From Salinispira sp. (GTDB taxonomy: Bacteria > Spirochaetota > Spirochaetia > DSM-27196 > Salinispiraceae), in assembly GCA_965602015.1 (NCBI GenBank), contig OZ271918.1, forward strand, positions 1,056,001-1,120,000: DNA of 64,000 nucleotides, in the 5' to 3' direction. How positions within the stretch are numbered: the stretch's first letter is position 1; each line of letters starts with the position of its first letter. The position numbers and the translations under genes were made by a program. Below the pieces are notes generated by a model, which was not told where the DNA came from, made no database searches, and saw only the letters and a program-made list of their open reading frames with translations. Positions 19,785-27,989 of this stretch are shown one piece after another.

Positions 19785-20054
19785 ATGGTCACAAAAACCA
19801 TTACCCTCACCAATCCCAAGGGCATTCACGCGCGCCCGTCTGCTATGATTCTCCAGACTGCGCAGAATTACAAATCGGATATTGAACTGATCAAGGACGG
19901 CGAAGTAGCACATGCCGGAGACATCATGTCCATAATAGCCCTTGGCGCAATGCATGGCGATGAAATTACCCTTCGCTGTAACGGACCTGATGAAGGCGCC
20001 GCCCTGGAGCATATGCTTGAAATATTCGCTCGACGCTTTGATGACCATGATTAG
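19785..20054 (+). CDS. ptsH: HPr-family phosphocarrier protein (His15 present, position 46 = Asp)
   Basis: GIHARP with His at exactly residue 15; IMSIIALG, GPDE; 89 aa. Confidence 0.92.
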   Translation: MVTKTITLTNPKGIHARPSAMILQTAQNYKSDIELIKDGEVAHAGDIMSIIALGAMHGDEITLRCNGPDEGAALEHMLEIFARRFDDHD

Positions 20055-20346
20055 ACCGCAAAAAACTGTATGTATATACAGGTATTAACCGAATTTTTGT
20101 ATTTTCTTCCAAAACAATTCCCATTCTATGTATATCAATGCAATTAAATCGCTTTACCCTGTATTTTAATGAGAAAGTTGGACTGTTTCGCAACGAATTT
20201 TTCCTTGTCAAATAAAAAAAGTGATGGTTAAATGATGTGTATCAAGGGGTATTCTTGGGGGACTACTCTTGAAGCTGTGTTTTTCACAGTTGCAGCAGCC
20301 GACCCACGGCTTTCTCCGGACTGAAAATGGGGTTTTAGTCCGATTG

Positions 20347-20383
20347 TTGGAAAGGTTTCCAATACTATTGGAAACCTTTCCAA
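20347..20383. promoter_or_regulatory. Two inverted copies of TTGGAAAGGTTTCCAA forming a perfect 18-bp-arm palindrome; candidate LacI-family operators
   Basis: TTGGAAAGGTTTCCAATA-C-TATTGGAAACCTTTCCAA. Confidence 0.6.
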
Positions 20384-20580
20384 GGCATTTCCGCCTTGGG
20401 TTCGGCGCTGTACCATCGGCTTCAGTACCAGGCACCAAATCTTCGCCGTTCTCCACGACCTACCTCCGCGCGTCATTTCGGCGCCAACTAAATTATGGGA
20501 ATAACCGGAGCGGAAAACCGTTCCGGCAGACATTTCATTCTGCCCGTTGGGTGTGAAAAATGTTTCAAGGAGGTTTCGTA

Positions 20581-21801
20581 ATGAAGAAACTGCGAAATTT
20601 GGGGATAGCGCTTCTGGCCGCATTGGTTCTCTTGGCCGGCTGTGCAAACCCCTTTGTTGGAGAAGATGGTGAAGTTGCCACCGTCAGCGGAATCGAAGGT
20701 TCCTCTGGTTTAGGTGTCATCGAACTGTCTTGGACTGAACCGGATGTAGACTTTGCTCAGGTGGAAATCTCATTTTCATCGGAGACTGATACCGACAACA
20801 CAGTCGTTACAGTAGACAAAGGGACCACGTCCTATACATTCGAAGAATTGACCGGTGTCGACGAAGAATACACCTTCGTGTTTACCACCGTCACTTCGAA
20901 TGGTGTGAAGGCAAGTAAAACGGCGACGTTCGCAATCACCGAAGGTCAACTGACTGTAGCCGATTTGGCCGCTGCGGTGGAAAGCACCAGCTCTGCAATG
21001 CTCACATGGACAGAGCCGGACTTCCCCTATGACAGCGTTACCATCGATTGGGTTAACGTTAATGACGCCGCGGACAACGGATCGGTAGCCGATATTGCCC
21101 GTGACGAAAAATACGATGACACCGACACAGAAACCGAATGGGACCCCAACAGATCCTATGAGGTTACGGGACTTACTCTCGACGAAACCTATACCTTCGA
21201 GGTGACCATCGTTCTCGGCAGCCGCTCATCTTCAGTCTCCGTTACTTCTGATGAATTGCTTCTTGAACTCTATCAGGGTTTCCCGAATATCTACACTTTC
21301 GGACCCGAGCTGGTAGGTGGATGGCCCGGTCAGGCTGACGTTGCGGTTAATGCTGATACTGGTCTTCGAAGCATCACCTTCGCTGCGCAAAGTTCAATCG
21401 ACGGAGTAATTCTGAACGGCGGCGGACTCACACAGACTGGTAATATCGCTATTAGCGCTCCCGGCGTGTATCTCATCGACGTGGACAATGATACGGTTTT
21501 CGGAGCTACTGATCCCAGCACTGTAATTGTAATGTGGGCGGACAGAAACAGACCGAACGTATATACATTCACTCCCGAAGCTGCAGGTGGATGGCCCGGC
21601 ACAAGCCCCGATGAAGTTAAGGGAATCCGTTCATTTGATACCGAATTGACAAGTGTCGGCGGAGTAATCCTCAACGGAACCGGCCAGACCGGAAACATGA
21701 CCAATACCACCGAAGCCGGTTATTACCTCTATACCGCGGTTGATACCCTTACCAAGCTCGGTCCGGACGGCGGTACTGACATCGTTATTTATTGGAAATA
21801 A
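20581..21801 (+). CDS. Acidic surface lipoprotein with two fibronectin-III-like domains and two tandem CBM26/CBM25-like repeats
   Basis: SD AAGGAGG; LAGC lipobox; LSWTEP/LTWTEP...Y.F FN3 pattern; repeats PNxYTF..GGWPG...GVILNG..QTGN. Confidence 0.7.
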   Translation: MKKLRNLGIALLAALVLLAGCANPFVGEDGEVATVSGIEGSSGLGVIELSWTEPDVDFAQVEISFSSETDTDNTVVTVDKGTTSYTFEELTGVDEEYTFVFTTVTSNGVKASKTATFAITEGQLTVADLAAAVESTSSAMLTWTEPDFPYDSVTIDWVNVNDAADNGSVADIARDEKYDDTDTETEWDPNRSYEVTGLTLDETYTFEVTIVLGSRSSSVSVTSDELLLELYQGFPNIYTFGPELVGGWPGQADVAVNADTGLRSITFAAQSSIDGVILNGGGLTQTGNIAISAPGVYLIDVDNDTVFGATDPSTVIVMWADRNRPNVYTFTPEAAGGWPGTSPDEVKGIRSFDTELTSVGGVILNGTGQTGNMTNTTEAGYYLYTAVDTLTKLGPDGGTDIVIYWK

Positions 21802-21816
21802 GCACAGGAGAATGAC

Positions 21817-23928
21817 ATGAAAAAACTAGTTCTTGTTGTAACAGCTCTCCTTCTCGCGGTACTGCCCGTTGTGGCCCAGTCTTCCGTGAGTCTTGAGCTC
21901 CCCGATGAGCTGGTACTGGTGTTCCGCTATGAGAACGCCGATGCCGCCACGGTGAATATTGCCGGCCCCTTCCAGGGCTGGGATCCCGAAGCCACTCCCA
22001 TGGAGCAGGTTGAACCGGGAATCTGGGAATATCGGCTCGATGTAACAGCCGCCGACTCCATCACATTCAAATATGTTGTCGATGGTGAGTATCTCGGAAG
22101 CATGGAAGGTCTTGCTCCTTCTACCAGCGAAGACGGATTCGGTGGTAAGAACGGGGTTGTGGCTGTGGCTGACATGGCTGCTGCAGGTGGAGCAGATGAC
22201 GATGTGTTCCGCACAAGCCTTACCTTCGGCTCATTTACCCAGTTCTACTCAGACACCAGCATCAGAACAACATCTATCGCTCCCGGCGATGACGGCGATT
22301 TTCTCAAGGGCTTTGAAATGGATAACAGTATTTTCAAGGCTGCGTCCTACTGGAAATACACTGCCGGCATCCTTCCCGGTATCGATTCCTTTATTGAGCT
22401 AAAAGCCTTTGACGGAACCATCACCATATTCGAACAGGCTCCCGATGCCAGTGCGGATCCCGATAATATTCTCGATCCAGCAGTCACCATCGAGGATGGA
22501 CTGGAAAATATCGCTGAAGCGCTTTTTGGTCCTTTCCATACCTTCAACGGCGATGCCCAGCCCGAGCTCGGCCATTTTAAGGCCGGCATAACGACTCCGT
22601 TTGTTGAGTTCTCGACAGGGTACAAAAATGCCAAAAGCGACGAATCCAGCCGCGAGTTGATGTACGAAACCTTCGACAACGGCGCCAGTGCCAACGACGG
22701 TTTCTTTGAAATCGCAAACGGTGCAGAAATTTCCGAGTTCGGCGGGCTGACTCTTGATGTCTTGCTCGGACTCACTAAGCGGGCCGGCGGACACGGTATG
22801 TACTCCTGGATCGATCTCGGCGTTGCAGGTTTCGATATCAGCATCGCATACAACACCCTCGCCAACCGTCTTGATGACGATGCCCTTCGCTACTACTTCT
22901 TCGATGCACGGCACACCATCGGTCTCGGACTGGATGCAGCTGACCTGGTTCCCGATCTTCTGAGCCTAAAAGTAGAAGCCTTGACCACCATTGACGCACT
23001 TGAAACCTATGATGCCGCTGATGACATTGTTGCCGGTCTCGCAGGTGATCTTACTCTCAGTGATATTTTCTCAAGCGGCTTCTATGCAAAGTATGCGGGC
23101 AACGGTGTTGTTACCCTCTTCGGTGACGACAGCACTCTCGATGCAGGACTGTTCAAAGCCGGTATTTCGCCGGTAAGCAAACCCATCGAACTTCTTCAGG
23201 TCGGGGCCAATTACGATCTTGAGGTGGACAATGAGTTCGCTGGGGACCTGGAACACGATATCAATCCGTACCTGAACGTGTATCTGGCTTCCGTACTCGG
23301 TCTCGACATCACCGTCGGCGGCTTTTCGAACCTCGCCCTTGTTGGTTCGGACTTCAGCTTCGTCGATGCAGGCGGTACCGTGAGCGTAAAGGACGTGGCT
23401 ATTCTTTCTGAAATTGGTCTGGGGTACACCTACAAGCAGGATGCGGCCGATACCGGATACTTCAATGTGGCAACCGGCGAACTGATTCCGGTTATATCCA
23501 CCGTATACGCCGGATATGATTACACCGCTGAAGCCCTCGATCAGGGTGCGGCTTATCTGGGTACTGAAATTGTCGGAATCGCCGAAGCCATCGAAGGCAT
23601 CAATGTAGATTTCGGCTGGAAGGCCCAGGATGTGTCCATGATGGCTCAGGCGGATTTTGTCAACGATTTCGCTGCAAACCTCGGCGCCATCGTACGACTG
23701 GCAGACGGCGAAACTTCTCCCTTCGGTGTGGCACTCGGCGGTAACGTGACCCTCAATGACGCCTGGAAGAAAGGCATCGCCTTCCTCCAGATGGGATATG
23801 ATTTTGATCCCTATGGCGGCATAAATGACGGCAAGATTGACTTCGACGAAGATTCACCCAACTACCTCGAAAATGTTGGCGGTCAGGGCGAAGCGTTTGT
23901 ATCTTTTGGTATCACCTGGAACTTCTAA
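21817..23928 (+). CDS. Predicted outer-membrane beta-barrel protein with N-terminal CBM48/AMPK-beta-like glycogen-binding domain
   Basis: Sec signal (VVA|Q); V.IAGPFQGW..PM...GIW...FKYVVDG...DGFGGKN; amphipathic Gly/aromatic strands; C-terminal FGITWNF. Confidence 0.7.
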   Translation: MKKLVLVVTALLLAVLPVVAQSSVSLELPDELVLVFRYENADAATVNIAGPFQGWDPEATPMEQVEPGIWEYRLDVTAADSITFKYVVDGEYLGSMEGLAPSTSEDGFGGKNGVVAVADMAAAGGADDDVFRTSLTFGSFTQFYSDTSIRTTSIAPGDDGDFLKGFEMDNSIFKAASYWKYTAGILPGIDSFIELKAFDGTITIFEQAPDASADPDNILDPAVTIEDGLENIAEALFGPFHTFNGDAQPELGHFKAGITTPFVEFSTGYKNAKSDESSRELMYETFDNGASANDGFFEIANGAEISEFGGLTLDVLLGLTKRAGGHGMYSWIDLGVAGFDISIAYNTLANRLDDDALRYYFFDARHTIGLGLDAADLVPDLLSLKVEALTTIDALETYDAADDIVAGLAGDLTLSDIFSSGFYAKYAGNGVVTLFGDDSTLDAGLFKAGISPVSKPIELLQVGANYDLEVDNEFAGDLEHDINPYLNVYLASVLGLDITVGGFSNLALVGSDFSFVDAGGTVSVKDVAILSEIGLGYTYKQDAADTGYFNVATGELIPVISTVYAGYDYTAEALDQGAAYLGTEIVGIAEAIEGINVDFGWKAQDVSMMAQADFVNDFAANLGAIVRLADGETSPFGVALGGNVTLNDAWKKGIAFLQMGYDFDPYGGINDGKIDFDEDSPNYLENVGGQGEAFVSFGITWNF

Positions 23929-23940
23929 GAGGAGAAGGCA

Positions 23941-24378
23941 ATGAAAAAAACAGTATTAGTTATTGCCGTCCTTATGGCGGCAGTGCTTCTTGGTTCCTGC
24001 GGGAATACCCTTTTTAACGCAAGCGGAGTGTTCATCACCGAGCTTACTGTTGAGAACCTTCCTGCAGAGGGCGAATATGCTCTTGCCGGTTCGTTTTTCG
24101 AGGAAGAATGGACCAACACCTATCTGGCAACCCAGTCGGTGGAAGGTTCGGTAACCTGGGAATTTGACCCCGCGCTTGAGGTACCGGTCGGTGATTCGGA
24201 GTTCAAGATTGTTCAGTCCGGCACTTGGAATTTCGCTGTCGAAGGAGGATTTAGAGATCCCCACGGCAACGCGAACGTCTTCGACGCCGAAGGTCTGACC
24301 ATCGACGGCGGCGAGTGGGTTATTACCTTCGATGCCACCAAGACCGAGTCTGAAGCCATGACTGCGGTTAAACCGTAA
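23941..24378 (+). CDS. Small lipoprotein with SusE/F- or X25-like carbohydrate-binding module
   Basis: LGSC lipobox; YALAGSF...W...EFKIV..GTW pattern; operon context. Confidence 0.6.
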   Translation: MKKTVLVIAVLMAAVLLGSCGNTLFNASGVFITELTVENLPAEGEYALAGSFFEEEWTNTYLATQSVEGSVTWEFDPALEVPVGDSEFKIVQSGTWNFAVEGGFRDPHGNANVFDAEGLTIDGGEWVITFDATKTESEAMTAVKP

Positions 24379-24485
24379 CAGCATTTTTCCCTTCCGGCAT
24401 TCGCCGGGGGGGATTTCGAGCGTCGCTTTCGATTCCGAAGCGGCGCCCGGTATCCTCCTTTTTTGGGGTAGCGTTGGGGTTTCGG

Positions 24486-24521
24486 GGCTGCTTGGTGTTT
24501 CACCAGGCAGCCTTCTTTTTT
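24486..24521 (+). terminator. Intrinsic terminator immediately upstream of the GH13 ribosome-binding site
   Basis: GGCTGCTTGGTG-TTT-CACCAGGCAGCC followed by TTCTTTTTT. Confidence 0.75.
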
Positions 24522-24530
24522 GGGGGAGTA

Positions 24531-26501
24531 ATGAATAAGAGCGTAATCATTTTGTCGGGCATTTTGGCGGTGCTTATATTATTAACATCCTGTCCCGGAC
24601 CGGTGGACAGCGGCACAACTATTCCGGCCGATTGGCAGTACGGTGCCGAATATTTGGGTTCAGGCCGGGGAACGCGATTTGTTCTTCACGCTCCCGGGGC
24701 TTCCACCGTCTATGTCAGCGGTACGTTCAATAGTTGGGATAAGACCCCTATGAACCGGGACGGCGATAATTTCTGGGTTTAAATTACCTCTGCATCCCCG
24801 GGCGACCGGTACAAGTACCGGTCAGATGATTTTAGCGGTGAATGGATAGCCGATCCATTTTCCCGGGCGGTGAGCGCTGACGCCGATGAGAACTCGGTAA
24901 TAATTGACCCTGACGGCCCTGCTTCCAATTATATCTGGCAGTCCACTGCCTGGGCCCGCCCGGACCGCCGGGATTTGGTCATTTACGAGATGCATGTGGC
25001 GGACTTCACCTGGCAGGAAAGGGAGGCTCCGTCTTCAAGCGCAGGCCTGGTTGACGGAGATGCGGTGTCCGACGGCAACCAGGGAAGCTTCGACGGTGTC
25101 ACCGAACGCATTGAGTACCTTGAGGCCTTGGGTGTCAATGCGGTCCAGCTCATGCCGGTCCAGGAATGGCCGGGGCAGTTCTACAGCTGGGGGTACAATC
25201 CCTCGCTCTATTGGGCAATCGAAGCGGGGCTTTCCAGCAATAGAAGCGATCCGGAACAGGTGCTTCTGGACTTCAAGGAAATGGTCGACGCTCTCCATCA
25301 ATCGGGGATAGCGGTGATTCTTGATGTGGTGTACAACCACGTTGACGGCTCCTCTCCGTTGAGCAGAATCAATACTGCTGGCTATATCGACGGCGATACT
25401 CCCTGGGGCCCAAGGCTGGACATTAGCGATGACTTTATCTACTCCTATGTTCTGGATAATCTTAAGTACTTAATGGATGAGTTTCGAATTGACGGCTTCC
25501 GGTTTGATGCCACGGAACACAGCGACGGGGCCTCAATGCGCTCGCTGATTAATGAACTCTACAGCCTGGGTTACGGCGACCGCTATTATATTTTTGAGGA
25601 ATTCAACGGCGACCACAACGAGGCGATTCAAGCATATAATGCCCTCCACGGGGAAACCCGAATATCCAGCTGGGGCACGGGCTACAAGGATGCCATCTAT
25701 CCGGCACTGGCTGATGCGGGATACTCCGGCCTGGGTTCGGTGACCTATCACTCAAATGATAACGGCTGGATTCAGGCGGCTTCGGCCATCAGCTATGCAA
25801 GCAGCCACGACGAGGGAACCCTGTACTTTCATGCAGGCAATGACGATATAAGCTCTGACGGAATCGGCGATGACCTTGCCGATCAAAAGCAGCTTGCGCT
25901 GACCTCCCTTACCCATGTACTCACAAGCCTCGGAATTCCCATGATCTGGATGGGAGACGAGCTCATGCGCGATCACCGGGGCAATAGTTCCGATACGGTC
26001 AGCGGTTCCGGAAGCAATGTGGATGAAATCAACAATCAGGTCGATTGGCAGGGGCTTGCCTCGGCAAACAGCGAGTACTTTCTATACCTCAGTAACCTGA
26101 TTCACCTGCGTGCTATACATCCGAGCATCGGCCGGGCAGTCAGCCAACCGGACAGCGACGGAAGTTCTCTGTCCGACGGATTTATGTGGTTAAATAGTTG
26201 GGGAGATGAGGGTGACATTAGCACCGGCCTGATTGCGTACATCAGGGCGGTAGCAGGAGACCGGCCCTTCGCCGTCTTTATCAATTACGGTGATTCCGAC
26301 AAATCAGGATTTGTTGTTAATCTTCAGCCGCCATACCAGTCGTTAAATGAGAGCTGGACCCTTGTTGCCGACAGTTCAATCCCTCTGGCTTCTCAGGCCG
26401 GGCTGTCTGTGGGCGGTGATTTGCTGTTTGCCGGTGGACAGGCGACGCTTACAATTCCTTCCAATACCGCATATATTTTTATGGGGCCCGTGAATTTCTA
26501 A
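24531..26501 (+). pseudogene. GH13 alpha-amylase-family lipoprotein (CBM48 + catalytic domain), interrupted by a single in-frame TAA at 24780-24782
   Basis: ORFs 24531-24782 and 24870-26501 share one frame; read-through gives NFWV*ITSASPGDRYKY...IADPFSRA (CBM48); LTSC lipobox; IYEMHV, WGYNP, LDVVYNH, GFRFDA, FEEF, SHDE catalytic motifs intact. Confidence 0.85.
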
Positions 26502-26519
26502 CGCCACTGGAGGTGAGCC

Positions 26520-26975
26520 ATGCGCCGTTTTTTTATAATTTACACCAGCCTGTCCCTCCTCTTTTGCGCCCCGCTGTGGACCCAGGAGCTTCCCCGTGAG
26601 GTGACAAGTTTTATGGCGGTTGATGAAAATTTCTCCGCCGACCGCAGGTATGCCCAGGTAATAAAGGCCGAGGCCAGACAGGCGCCCAACGGAACGTGGG
26701 TTATTTCCACCACAATTGACCACAATGACGAACGGCTTCCCGACGGAACCGAGCACTACGCCGACCGTTGGGAGGTGGTAGACCCGCGAAACGGCGAGGT
26801 GCTGGCCGTGCGCAGGCTTCTTCACTCCCATATGTACGAAATGCCCTTTACCCGCAGCCTAAGCGGCGTGGTGATTCCCGAGGGACTGGACCGGGCACAC
26901 ATTCGGGCGGCCTGCACCCATCATGGTTTTGCGGGCCGGCAGGTTCTTTTGCCCCTGTTCAGCCGGGAAGAGTAA
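26520..26975 (+). CDS. Exported His-rich hypothetical protein, superoxide-reductase-like metal-site motifs
   Basis: SD GGAGGTG; signal peptide; IDH...EHYADRW, LLHSH..E.PFTRSL, ACTHHG. Confidence 0.7.
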   Translation: MRRFFIIYTSLSLLFCAPLWTQELPREVTSFMAVDENFSADRRYAQVIKAEARQAPNGTWVISTTIDHNDERLPDGTEHYADRWEVVDPRNGEVLAVRRLLHSHMYEMPFTRSLSGVVIPEGLDRAHIRAACTHHGFAGRQVLLPLFSREE

Positions 26976-27066
26976 AGACCAAAATCCGTGCTCGGGGAGT
27001 TTTCCTTGTCCCCTTTACATAAATTAGATATCTTTTCAAAAATCACAGAATGTAATAGAGGCAGAC

Positions 27067-27960
27067 ATGAGCAGCAGCACGGCCACAGCGGTACCGGTAC
27101 AGGATATACATCTACAGCTTTTTGAGCAGGGGAGTCGGACCTACTACAACGCCACCCGTTTTTTTCCCCGGGAGCTCAGAGAGAGGGTAACCCTCCTGTA
27201 TGCCTTTGTGCGCAAGGCCGACAGTCTTGTGGATGATATCCCCCAGGATCGGGCAGGTTTTGAAGCGTTCTGCAAGGCATTCGAGAGCCTGCGGGAGGCC
27301 GCAGCGGTGGATCTGTCCATTGTAAACAGCCCCGATGTTGATCCGGTGATCGGCGGTTTTGTCTACCTCGAGAAAACCTGTCCCTTTGATCCGGCTTGGG
27401 CAGATGCTTTTCTTTACAGCATGCGACTCGACCTTGAAAAGAGTCATTACGACTCCCTTAATGAAACCCTCGAATATATCTACGGCTCGGCTGAGGTAAT
27501 AGGGCTTTTTATGGCGAGAATAATGGGCCTGCCGGATGACTCTCTGGAAGGGGCAAAAATGCTCGGACGGGCAATGCAGTATATCAATTTCCTGCGGGAC
27601 GCCGACGAAGACAATGAACTTGGCAGACGCTATATCCCTTTGAGGGAGTCGGGACTTGCGGGACTCGACAAGGCAAGCGCCTCCAAACAGCCATTGGTGT
27701 TTGAGAAATTCTACCGGGAAGAACTGAACCGTTTTCGCCGGTGGCAGGCCGACGCGGATACAGCGTTTAAATATATTCCCCGCAGATACCGAATACCCAT
27801 AAGAACCGCGTCGGATATGTACCTGTGGACCGCAGAACAGATTTACCGTGATCCCTGGGTGATCTTCGACCGTCAGGTAAAGCCCGGAAAGCTCCGAATT
27901 ATCCTCAGGGGCTTAGCAAATACGCTTCGAGGCGGCATGCCGCGGAAAATGCGCTACTAA
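27067..27960 (+). CDS. crtB: Phytoene synthase
   Basis: LYAFVRKADSLVD, YIYGSAEVIGL, LGRAMQYINFLRD..ED..GRRY. Confidence 0.92.
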   Translation: MSSSTATAVPVQDIHLQLFEQGSRTYYNATRFFPRELRERVTLLYAFVRKADSLVDDIPQDRAGFEAFCKAFESLREAAAVDLSIVNSPDVDPVIGGFVYLEKTCPFDPAWADAFLYSMRLDLEKSHYDSLNETLEYIYGSAEVIGLFMARIMGLPDDSLEGAKMLGRAMQYINFLRDADEDNELGRRYIPLRESGLAGLDKASASKQPLVFEKFYREELNRFRRWQADADTAFKYIPRRYRIPIRTASDMYLWTAEQIYRDPWVIFDRQVKPGKLRIILRGLANTLRGGMPRKMRY

Positions 27961-27989
27961 AGCGATTAGCCAAAACGGAGATCGGATAC

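Noticed and set aside
20228..20647. ORF-track ORFs across the starch-locus leader (20208-20456, 20228-20647, 20269-20556)
   Set aside because: No SD or family motifs; apparent LERFP/LETFP peptide repeats are just the DNA palindrome
24775..24781. GGGTTTA slippery-heptamer look-alike at the GH13 stop
   Set aside because: Not in the X_XXY_YYZ phase of the gene, and both halves are already in the same frame, so a frameshift would not rescue it
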